In this document: positions 22,162 to 30,446 of the stretch, in pieces | Position numbering within the stretch: the first letter of the stretch is position 1 | How the letters are laid out: each line of letters starts with the position of its first letter | Assembly: GCA_945903265.1 (NCBI GenBank) | Contig: CAMDNQ010000010.1 | Span: 6,372 to 70,371, forward strand | Direction: 5' to 3' | Source: Candidatus Sulfopaludibacter sp. SbA3 | Lineage (GTDB): Bacteria; Acidobacteriota; Vicinamibacteria; Vicinamibacterales; UBA2999 | DNA: 64,000 bases | Position numbers and translations under genes: made by a program | Notes under the pieces: model-generated | The model's input: the letters and a program-made list of their open reading frames with translations, nothing else | What the model was told of the DNA's origin: nothing | Database searches by the model: none

Positions 22162-22803
22162 TCAGGCCGCCTGTTTCGGTTTCCGGCTGACGGGCTGGTC
22201 CAGCGCGTAGGAAGAGTCGGTGCGCTTGTTTGGCGGCGGGGTCTCGGCATCGCCGATCACGTCCCTGCGCGCCTGGACTTCGTCTTTCACGACGTCGGAT
22301 TTCTGCGCGGCCTCGGCCCACGAATGTCTCAGGACGCTGACGCTGCCGTCGTGCTCGACGATGGCGAGGTCCACCTCGCGCATGTCGTGAATCCCCTGGT
22401 GCCGGAGCGAACCCAGCACATCTTTCTCGTTCATCCGCTCCGCGCGCATCCCTTTCCGATCGAACTCGCCGTTGCGGACGATGATCGTGGGCTTCCCTTC
22501 GAGGATCGATTCCATCCCGTGGTCGAAGTATGCGAGCCAGGAGTCCGCGTACGCCAGGGCACCGATCGCCACGATCGCCACCGTGCCCTGCATGAACCGG
22601 ACGTCACCGTAGATGATCTCGTCGACGACTTCGCCGAGCATCAGCGCGACGAGCAGGTCGAATGCCGAGAAATTTCCGACCGTCCGCTTGCCGAGCGCGC
22701 GGATGACGACAAGCATCAGGACGTAGACCGCGGCCGCGCGGGCGGCGGTCAGCAGAAGTTCGTTCGGGTCCATGCCCCACACGGCCTGCATCCGACGTTC
22801 CAT
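22162..22803 (-). CDS. DUF421 (YetF-like) membrane protein
   Basis: 213 aa. The N-terminal TM region is ...AAVYVLMLVVIRALGKRTVGNFSAFDLLVALMLGEVV..., followed by a soluble C-terminal part (PTIIVRNGEFDRKGMRAERMNEKDVLGSLRHQGI). Confidence 0.7.
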   Translation of the reverse strand: MERRMQAVWGMDPNELLLTAARAAAVYVLMLVVIRALGKRTVGNFSAFDLLVALMLGEVVDEIIYGDVRFMQGTVAIVAIGALAYADSWLAYFDHGMESILEGKPTIIVRNGEFDRKGMRAERMNEKDVLGSLRHQGIHDMREVDLAIVEHDGSVSVLRHSWAEAAQKSDVVKDEVQARRDVIGDAETPPPNKRTDSSYALDQPVSRKPKQAA

Positions 22804-22824
22804 GGGTTAGAATGTGATTTCGCT

Positions 22825-22900
22825 GGGGCGGTAGCTCAATTGGCAGAGCAGCAGACTCTTAATCTGCGGGTTGGGGGTTCGATTCCCCCCCGCCTCACCA
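22825..22900 (+). tRNA. tRNA-Lys (anticodon CTT)
   Basis: GGGGCGGTAGCTCAATTGGCAGAGCAGCAGACTCTTAATCTGCGGGTTGGGGGTTCGATTCCCCCCCGCCTCACCA. The anticodon loop is CTCTTAA. Confidence 0.93.
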
Positions 22901-23214
22901 CATCTATTCAGGCCGCGTCGTTGTTGTCGTGCTCCGATTCGCCAGGCAGTGGGATGCGGGGATTACGGCGCCGGTCGGGATAGAAAGGACGCCGCGACAG
23001 GGCCTCCCGCACGTATGTGCCTGTCCGCTCGGCTTCCCTGCACACGCCGTCGACACCCTCAATGAGGGCATCGAGTTTCTCCGACCAATCCTTCCGGCTG
23101 TCCACGCCTTCTTGGATCGCAAATCCTACGCCCAATTCAGCGTTGAACGGCTGAGGCGGTTTCTTTACAATGCATGCGCGTTCCGTTAATCTCGGCGGTC
23201 CACAGAAGGGGCTT

Positions 23215-24063
23215 ATGCGCAAATCCGCACTCTTGATTTCAGGTGTTCTCGTTGTGGCCGTGCTCGCCACGTCGCTGACAGCACAACAGGCCAAACCGGT
23301 CGCCACGACGCAGAAACCAACCGACGTCCCCACCCTGCTTTTCGAGATGGCCAACACGATGGGCATGCTGCGCGCCATCCAGCAGGAAGATTCGATCATC
23401 ACGCTGGAACACTGGGCCAAAGGCACGGTGACCGTCGGGACGCAGAAGTACGACGTCCCCGAGTACCGCATGAGCGTCAACTACGCGGTCCCGGGTGTGC
23501 GCGTCGACTATCAGCGCCAGATGGGCACGGGCAAGCCCCAGCGCACCATCGAGGTCGTTGCGGGCGGCGCCGCCTGGAACGAGACGGATCGCGGCATGGG
23601 CGCCACGGCGGCCCGCGACCAGGCCAAGCAGCGCGCGGTGCTGCTGTGGACCACCCCGATGGGCGTCGTCAAGGCGGCAAAGATGGCCGGCAACCGCGCG
23701 ACGATGAAGGCGGCCGGCGCGAACGCCTGGACGCTGACCTTCCCGCTGCCGGCACCCGCCGAGGACGTAACCGCCGTCGCGACGGTCCGCCAGGATGCCA
23801 GCCTCCTGGGGCGGGCGAATCCCGCGGCCCTCAAGATCCTGACCGGCACGTACGTCGCCCAGGTCGAAACGACGGGGGCGGTCGTGTCCCAGTCGACGTA
23901 CTCTGAATATGGCGACTGGAATTACGAGGATTACCTGGCGGATATCTTCCAGCCGCGCCGCATCACCCGGCGGGTGGGCGACACGACCTTCGACCTGACA
24001 ACGGTCAATACAAACACTTATAATCCGTACGTGATCATGCCGGTTCCGGCAAACGTCAAGTAA
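23215..24063 (+). CDS. secreted hypothetical protein (first gene of the DUF6152-linked cluster)
   Basis: The internal ATG at 23215 gives MRKSALLISGVLVVAVLATSLTAQQ... (a signal peptide). The mature part is beta-rich. Confidence 0.6.
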   Translation: MRKSALLISGVLVVAVLATSLTAQQAKPVATTQKPTDVPTLLFEMANTMGMLRAIQQEDSIITLEHWAKGTVTVGTQKYDVPEYRMSVNYAVPGVRVDYQRQMGTGKPQRTIEVVAGGAAWNETDRGMGATAARDQAKQRAVLLWTTPMGVVKAAKMAGNRATMKAAGANAWTLTFPLPAPAEDVTAVATVRQDASLLGRANPAALKILTGTYVAQVETTGAVVSQSTYSEYGDWNYEDYLADIFQPRRITRRVGDTTFDLTTVNTNTYNPYVIMPVPANVK

Positions 24064-24076
24064 AAGGAAGCTGCCA

Positions 24077-24487
24077 ATGAAACTCAAGAGCGCTTTTGGA
24101 ATCCTCGCCCTCGTGGCGATTGCGATGTTCTCCTCGTCCTCGGCGGTTGCGCACCACGCCATCCAGGCCGAGTACGAAATGGACCAGACCAAGGGCTTCA
24201 CGGGCGTCATGACGCGGTTCGCCATGATCAACCCGCACTGCCGCTGGTTCTTCGAAGAGACCAAGGCGGACGGCACCAAGGTGGTATGGGAAATGTCGGG
24301 CGCCGGTCCCGGCGCGCTGCGCGCCTCCGGCCTGGTCCGCATCTTCCAGATCGGCCAGCCCTACGAAGTGACCTTCGCTCCCGCCAAGAACGGCGCGAAC
24401 GTCGGCCGCGTGCGGACGATGAAGGGGCCCGATGGCAAGGTCATCACCTTGTTCCATGAGGATCCGACGAATCCGCTCAACAACTAA
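24077..24487 (+). CDS. DUF6152-like secreted protein
   Basis: 136 aa. The signal peptide ends ...SSSAVA and is followed by HHAIQAEYE. INPHCRWFF is the NPH motif shared with the paralogs at 29429..30424 and 36774..37193. Confidence 0.7.
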   Translation: MKLKSAFGILALVAIAMFSSSSAVAHHAIQAEYEMDQTKGFTGVMTRFAMINPHCRWFFEETKADGTKVVWEMSGAGPGALRASGLVRIFQIGQPYEVTFAPAKNGANVGRVRTMKGPDGKVITLFHEDPTNPLNN

Positions 24488-24508
24488 CGCCTTCGAAGGG
24501 ACGCAATC

Positions 24509-25378
24509 ATGATGCGACGTATTCGAACGAGCACCGTCCTGGCGGGCGTCCTCGGCGCTGCGCTCTGGCTCACCGCGGCCGATGCCACGATGCAGCAGGG
24601 TGGCGCCGCGAAGCCTGCCGGCCCGACGCCGCGCGTGGCGGACGGCAAGGTCGACTTCAGCGGCATGTGGGTGAACACCGGCGGCGGCGGCGACATCAAG
24701 CCGGACGAGAGCGGCAACGTCACGGTGCTGAGCCGCGGCCGTCCCTGCCACCCGGGCCAGGAGTGCAAGCCCGCCATCAATTTCGAGCGCGACAGCGGCG
24801 TCCGTCAGCGGCTCGCCTACGGCACGAACGTCCCCCTCTACAAGCCGGAGTACTGGGCGAAGGTCGAGTACAACGACGTGAACGGGAACTTCGTGGACCC
24901 GGAAATCAACTGCTATCCGGACGGGCTGCCGCGCATCGGCGCGCCGAGCAAGATCGTCCAGACGGCGAACGAGTTGATCCTCCTCTACGCGAGCCACAAC
25001 CAGTTCCGCGTGGTGCGGCTTGACGCAACCCAGCATGACCCGATCCGCTCGCAGGACCTCACCTATTTCGGTGACTCGATCACCAGGTGGGAAGGCGACA
25101 CCCTGGTCATCGAAAGCATCGGGTTCACCGACGAGTCGTGGCTCGGCTGGCCCGGGTACCTCCACTCGAACAACATGCGGGTGGTCGAGCGTGTGACGCG
25201 CAACGGGAATCAGCTCACCTGGCAGTTCGAGATTCACGATCCAGAGGTGCTGATGCAGCCGTGGACCATGACTCCGCTGCGCCGTGTCCTGAACGCGAAC
25301 CCGAAGGCGATGCTCATCGAGGACCTGCCCTGCGAGGCGCGCGACAACAAGCACATCGTCACGCGTGAGCGCGGCTAG
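24509..25378 (+). CDS. secreted partner protein of DUF6152 (unnamed family)
   Basis: 289 aa with a signal peptide. Motifs DGKVDFSGMWV, CYPDGLPR, RWEGDTLVIES and VVERV...DPEVLMQPW are shared with 35868..36746 and with the C-terminal half of 29429..30424. Confidence 0.7.
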   Translation: MMRRIRTSTVLAGVLGAALWLTAADATMQQGGAAKPAGPTPRVADGKVDFSGMWVNTGGGGDIKPDESGNVTVLSRGRPCHPGQECKPAINFERDSGVRQRLAYGTNVPLYKPEYWAKVEYNDVNGNFVDPEINCYPDGLPRIGAPSKIVQTANELILLYASHNQFRVVRLDATQHDPIRSQDLTYFGDSITRWEGDTLVIESIGFTDESWLGWPGYLHSNNMRVVERVTRNGNQLTWQFEIHDPEVLMQPWTMTPLRRVLNANPKAMLIEDLPCEARDNKHIVTRERG

Positions 25379-25400
25379 GAACACTCGAGAGTAAGATCAA

Positions 25401-25433
25401 GGGCAGCCCGCTTCGGCCGGCTGCCCTTTTTTT
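25401..25433 (+). terminator. Rho-independent terminator-like hairpin
   Basis: GGGCAGCC (25401-08) pairs with GGCTGCCC (25419-26), followed by a run of seven T. Confidence 0.7.
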
Positions 25434-25456
25434 GTGTCTATTGAGACGAGGACCGA

Positions 25457-26665
25457 ATGACCTTCAGAGCACGTCGTGGTTTCGTGGCTGCGGCCACCGT
25501 TGTGATCGTCTGCCTCCTGGGCGCTGGATATGAAGCGAGCCAGGCGCCCAAACCGGCCGCTCCGGCGCCAAAGCCCGCTGCACCCGCGGCACCGGCCGCT
25601 TCCGGCGCCGCCCAGGGCCAGCCCCCGATGGCCGAGAACGTCTATCTCAACGTCCAGGTCCTGAAGGGCATTCCGGTCGACCAGTTCAACGACGCGATGG
25701 GCATGTTCGCCTCCGCGCTGCTGCTCGACTGCGTCGGCTGCCACCACGGCACGATCACATCGGACCCGAAGGCGTTCGCCATCTCGACGCCGCGCATCGA
25801 GCGCGCGCGGCAGATGGTCGTGATGATGAACAACATCAACAGGCTGTACTTCGGCGGCCAGAAGCGCGTCACCTGCTTCACGTGCCACGCGGGCGACCCG
25901 ACGCCGGAGCCCTCGCCGAGCCTGAGGCTGCAGTACTCGGAACTCATTACCGACACGACATCGTTCGAGTTCTTCCCGGACATCGCCGCGCCGCCCGCGG
26001 AAAAGGTGCTCGCCCGCTACATTGAGGCATCCGGCGGGGCGAAGGCACTGGCGTCGCTGCGCAGCTTTGCGGCCACCGGGACCTATCTGGGCTTCGAAAC
26101 AAGTGACACGGAAGTGCCGTTCGAAGCCGTCGTCCGCGCTCCCGAGCAGCGTGCGGAAAAGGCGGAAACAGGTGCCAACGACCTGCTCTGGTACTTCAAC
26201 GGCAATCAGGCCGGCCGGTACCATCCCGACACACCAATCCCGCTCATTCAGTTCACCGGCTGGAGCCTGATTGGCTCGAAGATCGACACCAAGAGCTTCT
26301 TCCCCACCGAACTGGCCAAGGCGTTCCAGACGTTCCAGATGGGATACGGCGAGGTGGAAGGCAAGGAAACCATCGTCGCCAGGGGAATCAACAAGGGCGA
26401 ATCGCCGGTCAATCTCCACTTCGACAGCGCGACGGGCCTCCTGGTCCGTCTGGTGCGCTGGGTGGACACGCTTGCGGGCCCGGTGCCCGTCCAGATCGAT
26501 TATTCTGACTTCCGCGACGTGGCGGGAGTGAAGATGCCGTTTGCCTGGACGCGGACCTGGACCAACGGTCAAGGGATCATCAAGATCAAGGACATCCGGC
26601 CGAACGTGCAGGTGAACGACGCGCAGTTCGCGCGGCCCAACGTGCCCACGACATCGCTTCGATAG
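25457..26665 (+). CDS. secreted c-type cytochrome (reaction-centre-cytochrome-like N-domain) fused to a beta-rich C-domain
   Basis: 402 aa. Two CxxCH motifs (CVGCH, CFTCH) lie in the context ...YLNVQVLKGIPVDQFNDAMGMFASALLLDCVGCHH..., which resembles the PRC cytochrome c subunit family. The C-terminal ~250 aa have no motif I recognise. Confidence 0.75.
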   Translation: MTFRARRGFVAAATVVIVCLLGAGYEASQAPKPAAPAPKPAAPAAPAASGAAQGQPPMAENVYLNVQVLKGIPVDQFNDAMGMFASALLLDCVGCHHGTITSDPKAFAISTPRIERARQMVVMMNNINRLYFGGQKRVTCFTCHAGDPTPEPSPSLRLQYSELITDTTSFEFFPDIAAPPAEKVLARYIEASGGAKALASLRSFAATGTYLGFETSDTEVPFEAVVRAPEQRAEKAETGANDLLWYFNGNQAGRYHPDTPIPLIQFTGWSLIGSKIDTKSFFPTELAKAFQTFQMGYGEVEGKETIVARGINKGESPVNLHFDSATGLLVRLVRWVDTLAGPVPVQIDYSDFRDVAGVKMPFAWTRTWTNGQGIIKIKDIRPNVQVNDAQFARPNVPTTSLR

Positions 26666-26675
26666 CGGAGGACCC

Positions 26676-27137
26676 GTGAAAAGACTCAGCGCCTGCATCA
26701 TCGTCGGCCTCGCGGCCATCCTGACGGCCGGTTCGGTCGCCGGCCAGAGCACCGACACGCTCGTGGTCTGGGGGGACCTGACGTATTTCTTCGGCCCCGG
26801 CAAGCCGCTCAACTGCACCATGAGCAACCGCTACAAACGCGGCGAGCCGGTCGGCTTCCGCGCCACGGCGATCAATCCGACGACCAACGTGCGTGACAAG
26901 GGGACGAAGCTCGTCGTCCACCTGTCGTACGCGGGCCGCACGCTCGACATCCCGATGCGCGATCGACAGACGGCGCAGCAGCCGGAGCGCGAGTTCTGGG
27001 TGGCGAAGTGGATCGTGCCCGAGGACGCGCCGGTCGGAGTCGTGCGCTACACCATTACGGCGACGGATCCGCAGGGCCGCACGGGCGAGTTCAAACCGTT
27101 CGACGTGGCGGCGTCGCACCTGACGATCATCGAATAG
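26676..27137 (+). CDS. small secreted hypothetical protein
   Basis: 153 aa with a signal peptide (MKRLSACIIVGLAAILTAGSVAGQ). It is beta-rich and is the last gene before a terminator. Confidence 0.6.
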   Translation: MKRLSACIIVGLAAILTAGSVAGQSTDTLVVWGDLTYFFGPGKPLNCTMSNRYKRGEPVGFRATAINPTTNVRDKGTKLVVHLSYAGRTLDIPMRDRQTAQQPEREFWVAKWIVPEDAPVGVVRYTITATDPQGRTGEFKPFDVAASHLTIIE

Positions 27138-27160
27138 CATCGGCTGTTCGCGTAACATCG

Positions 27161-27202
27161 AGCCGGGCTCCCGTGTCTCACGACGGGGGCCCGGCTTTTT
27201 TT
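27161..27202 (+). terminator. Rho-independent terminator-like hairpin
   Basis: AGCCGGGCTCCCGT...ACGGGGGCCCGGCT forms the stem and is followed by TTTTTTT. Confidence 0.7.
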
Positions 27203-28000
27203 ATGTTCCCACTTGTGTCGCAGCGCGTGAACGCCGAGCGGATCGTGGTCCTGGGCTGGCCGCGCGCCATTCTGATGCAGCTGGCGCACCCGCTTGTCGC
27301 GGCCGGCGTCGCGGACCACAGCTCGTTCCGCACGAGCCGCGTCACCGCGGTGAAGCGGCTGCACTACACGATCCGCGCGATGCTCGCCCTGACGTTCGGC
27401 GACGATCAGGGCCGTCGAACGGCCCTCGAGGGCATCAGGACGATTCATCGCCGCGTCAACGGCACGCTGCGCCACGCCACCGGCATCTTCCCCGCGGGCA
27501 CCCGGTACTCCGCCGAGGATCCGGATCTCGTGTTGTGGGTGCATGCCACGCTGCTCGAGACACTTCCGCTCGTCTACGGCCTGCTCGTCGGCCCCATGAC
27601 GCCAGGGGAGCGCGACGCGTACTGCGCGGAGGCGGCGCCAGTGGCGATCGACCTCGGGGCCAGGCCCGCGGACGTTCCGCGAACATGGACGGAGACCTCC
27701 AACTACCTGGCTCGGATGTACGCGGCGGGTGCGATTGCCGTCGGCCGCGATGGGATGGATCTGCAGGCGGCGGTCCTGTCGCCACTTGGGGCGATCGCGG
27801 CGCCAGCCGCCTGGATGAATCGCCTGCTCACCGTTGGGCTGCTCCCCTCCCCCATCCGCGCCCAGTATGGATGGACGTGGAGCGACCGGGATGCACGCTC
27901 GTTCCGGGGCCTCACAACAGCAATCCGGGCGGGACGCCGCCTCGCGCCCGCGCCGGTGGCGCTGTGGCCCGAAGCAAGGCGTGTATCATCCCGGACGTGA
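27203..28000 (+). CDS. MpaB/DUF2236-family oxygenase-like protein
   Basis: The ATG at 27203, directly after the terminator T-run, gives MFPLVSQRVNAERIVVLGWPRAILMQLAHPLVAAGVADHS..., which matches the DUF2236 pattern from memory. The track start at 27008 lies inside the upstream gene. Confidence 0.65.
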   Translation: MFPLVSQRVNAERIVVLGWPRAILMQLAHPLVAAGVADHSSFRTSRVTAVKRLHYTIRAMLALTFGDDQGRRTALEGIRTIHRRVNGTLRHATGIFPAGTRYSAEDPDLVLWVHATLLETLPLVYGLLVGPMTPGERDAYCAEAAPVAIDLGARPADVPRTWTETSNYLARMYAAGAIAVGRDGMDLQAAVLSPLGAIAAPAAWMNRLLTVGLLPSPIRAQYGWTWSDRDARSFRGLTTAIRAGRRLAPAPVALWPEARRVSSRT

Positions 28001-29304
28001 AGCTTCACAATAAGCTGGCGATCGCGCTGATCGCCGGCATCGCGCTCGGCACAGCCCTTCACGGGTACGCCGATTCCCCCGCGCTCGCGGCGTTCAACTT
28101 TCACATCCTGCGGCCAATCGGCCAGATTTTCCTGCGCGGCATCTTCATGATCGTCGTGCCGATGGTGTTCTCGGCGCTCGTGGTCGGGGTGTATCAACTA
28201 GGCCGCGGGCGGGATCTGTCTGGTGTGGCGGGCCGCACCCTGGCGTACACCGTGCTCCTGAGCGGCGCGTCGGTGCTCATCGGCCTGGCGCTGGTGAATC
28301 TGCTCCGCCCTGGCGACAACGTGCAGCTGGCGGGCGATGCCGCCGCCGTGCAGACGATCCAGGCGAACGCGGCGGCATCGAAGCCGCTCAGCGACGTGCT
28401 GATCGAGCTCGTGCCGAGGAATCCGCTCGATTCCGCGGTTCGCGCGCTTGACGGTGAAATGCTGCCGCTGATGGTGTTCGCCGTGATCTTCGGCGTCGCG
28501 ATCAGCCGGATTGCCCAGCGGACCCGAGCGGTGCCCATGAAAGGGGCTCTGGAGCTCCACGAGGACGACGCTCCGCTGCTCATCCGCTTCTTCGAGCAGA
28601 TCTTCGACGCCTGCATGTGGATCGTGCATTTCGTCATGCTGCTCGCCCCGTTCGCGGTCTTCGCCATCGTCTTCAACACCGCGTTCACGTTCGGACTGGA
28701 CGTGATCAGGACACTGCTCTTCTACGTCGCCACTGTGGTAGCGGGCCTGCTCCTGCAGCAATTCGTCGTCTACTCCGCCGCGCTCTGGACAATCGCGCGC
28801 CGCTCGCCGCTCGAGTTTTTCCGCGCCTGCCGCGAGGTGTACCTCTACGCATTCTCGACAGCCTCGTCCAACGCGACATTGCCGCTCGCGCTCGACGTGG
28901 CCGATCGGAAGCTGCATCTCCCGCCGGATATTGCGCGGTTCGTGCTGACCGTCGGATCGACGGCGAACCAGAACGGCACGGCGCTGTTCGAGGGCGTGAC
29001 GGTGCTGTTCCTGGCGCAGGTCTATGGACTGGATCTCACCGTCGCACAGCAGGTGCACGTGATGTTGATGTCCATCCTCGCTGGTGTGGGCACGGCTGGG
29101 ATTCCGGGCGGGTCGCTGCCGATGGTCATGATCGTCGCGCAGTCGGTTGGCATCCCGGCCGAAGGCATGGCGATCATTCTTGGCGTCGACCGCTTCCTCG
29201 ACATGTGCCGGACGGCGGTGAACGTCAGCGGCGACCTGGTGATCGCCGCGCTGGTCAGCGCGAAAGAAGGCGCGGCTCAAGAAGGCGCGACAGAGAGGAG
29301 ATGA
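27997..29304 (+). CDS. dicarboxylate/amino acid:cation symporter (DAACS, GltP/DctA-like)
   Basis: The GTG at 27997 overlaps the upstream stop as GTGA. The product VKLHNKLAIALIAGIALG...FSTASSNATLP...VGSTANQNGTALFEG...GIPGGSL carries DAACS signatures. Confidence 0.85.
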   Translation: MKLHNKLAIALIAGIALGTALHGYADSPALAAFNFHILRPIGQIFLRGIFMIVVPMVFSALVVGVYQLGRGRDLSGVAGRTLAYTVLLSGASVLIGLALVNLLRPGDNVQLAGDAAAVQTIQANAAASKPLSDVLIELVPRNPLDSAVRALDGEMLPLMVFAVIFGVAISRIAQRTRAVPMKGALELHEDDAPLLIRFFEQIFDACMWIVHFVMLLAPFAVFAIVFNTAFTFGLDVIRTLLFYVATVVAGLLLQQFVVYSAALWTIARRSPLEFFRACREVYLYAFSTASSNATLPLALDVADRKLHLPPDIARFVLTVGSTANQNGTALFEGVTVLFLAQVYGLDLTVAQQVHVMLMSILAGVGTAGIPGGSLPMVMIVAQSVGIPAEGMAIILGVDRFLDMCRTAVNVSGDLVIAALVSAKEGAAQEGATERR

Positions 29305-29305
29305 G

Positions 29306-29392
29306 TGGTGCGGAAGAAAGGACTCGAACCTTCATGACCTTGCGGCCACTAGCTCCTGAGGCTAGCGCGTCTGCCAATTCCGCCACTTCCGC
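29306..29392 (-). tRNA. tRNA-Leu (anticodon CAG), long variable arm
   Basis: The reverse complement is GCGGAAGTGGCGGAATTGGCAGACGCGCTAGCCTCAGGAGCTAGTGGCCGCAAGGTCATGAAGGTTCGAGTCCTTTCTTCCGCACCA. The anticodon loop is CTCAGGA. Confidence 0.9.
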
Positions 29393-29428
29393 ACAGAAGG
29401 ACCGCCGAGGCAGGAAACTTAGTTTACC

Positions 29429-30424
29429 TTACTGAAACGTAAAACGCCTGGCCTGCTCCGGCTCGCAGCCGAACCGCTGGAGCCGCTGCTGGGGAACGTA
29501 GTCCCATTCCGCGCTCGCGGTCAGCGGCTCTGCCAGGTATTCGGGGTCTTCGACGAGGAAGTCGATGAGCATCCTCGTCCCGTCCTCGCTGAGGCGGTAC
29601 CGCTCGACGACATGCTTTTGCGATCCTGCCGGCAGGCCGGCCGCGAACGCCGACCCGAACGAATTCCCTACGCGGTGGTCGGCAAACAGTACCGTGTCGA
29701 CTACCAGCACGTTCTTCTCCCAACGCCCAATCGAGTGCCCCTGCCTGGTGCGCATGCCGTCCCGTGGATGCGGCCGCCCATCCATGTGGACCGTGCGGTC
29801 CACGTTGAAGAACTCGCTGCGCATGATGACGCTGTCGCCGCGGACGTCGATTTCGGTCAGGTACGGCAGCGTGGGCAGCTGCGGGGCGACGTGCGGGACG
29901 CACTCGGCGATCGGACTCGCGGCCTCGTTGAACGCTTTCATGGCCGCCAGGCCCTTCGGCGTCGGCGTCAACGTCCCGAAACGCCGCTGGCCGAAGCCAC
30001 GCAGGCTGTTCCAGACGCCGGCCAGGCTGGTGGCGCGGACGGCCGTTCGGGCCGCCGGCGCGCGGGGGACGAGGACCGGCCCGGTCCCGGTCGAGAGCGA
30101 GACCAGAAGGGCGTGATTCCGGCTCCTGTTCCGATCCGGGTTTGCGCGCACCGTCACCGTTGCGCCGACCTTCACGGAGTCACGGGTCCAGCCGCTGCGC
30201 GTGAGAATGGGGGTCGCGTCCGTCTCAATCATCCAGCGCTCGGCCGCCCCGCTCGCGCCCTTTGTATCGATATGGATATACACGTGCGGGTTCGTCCACT
30301 CCACGCGCGCAACCGTCCCCTGGATCGTGACCGGGGACGCCGGGTCGAACTGGGACGCGCTGTGGTGAGCGGACGCTGGATTCGCGGCGGCAAGACCGGC
30401 CGCGAGCACGCAGATGGCTTTCAT
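29429..30424 (-). CDS. secreted fusion protein: DUF6152-like N-domain + partner-family C-domain
   Basis: 331 aa. The signal peptide ends ...ANPASA and is followed by HHSASQFD...VEWTNPHVYIHID (DUF6152-like). The C-terminal half has LAGVW, ECVPHVAPQLP, GRWEKNVLVVDT and VVERYRL...VEDPEYLAEPL, matching the 24509 and 35868 proteins. Confidence 0.7.
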   Translation of the reverse strand: MKAICVLAAGLAAANPASAHHSASQFDPASPVTIQGTVARVEWTNPHVYIHIDTKGASGAAERWMIETDATPILTRSGWTRDSVKVGATVTVRANPDRNRSRNHALLVSLSTGTGPVLVPRAPAARTAVRATSLAGVWNSLRGFGQRRFGTLTPTPKGLAAMKAFNEAASPIAECVPHVAPQLPTLPYLTEIDVRGDSVIMRSEFFNVDRTVHMDGRPHPRDGMRTRQGHSIGRWEKNVLVVDTVLFADHRVGNSFGSAFAAGLPAGSQKHVVERYRLSEDGTRMLIDFLVEDPEYLAEPLTASAEWDYVPQQRLQRFGCEPEQARRFTFQ

Positions 30425-30446
30425 GTTTGGCTTCCCTACCTGAGTC

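Noticed and set aside
21293-22900. tRNA-flanked segments (Arg/Arg...Lys at 21293..22900 and Leu at 29306..29392) as possible integrated genomic islands.
   Set aside because: No integrase, recombinase, direct repeat of a tRNA 3' end or compositional shift is visible next to any of the five tRNAs.
22908-23135. Possible ~75-aa minus-strand ORF next to tRNA-Lys (...FAIQEGVDSRKDWSEKLDALIEGVDGVCREAERTGTYVREALSRRPFYPDRRRNP...).
   Set aside because: It has only a TTG start with no visible ribosome-binding site, and I recognise no family. It is the tail of a longer track ORF that overlaps the signal-peptide gene at 23215. It might be real, but I cannot support it.
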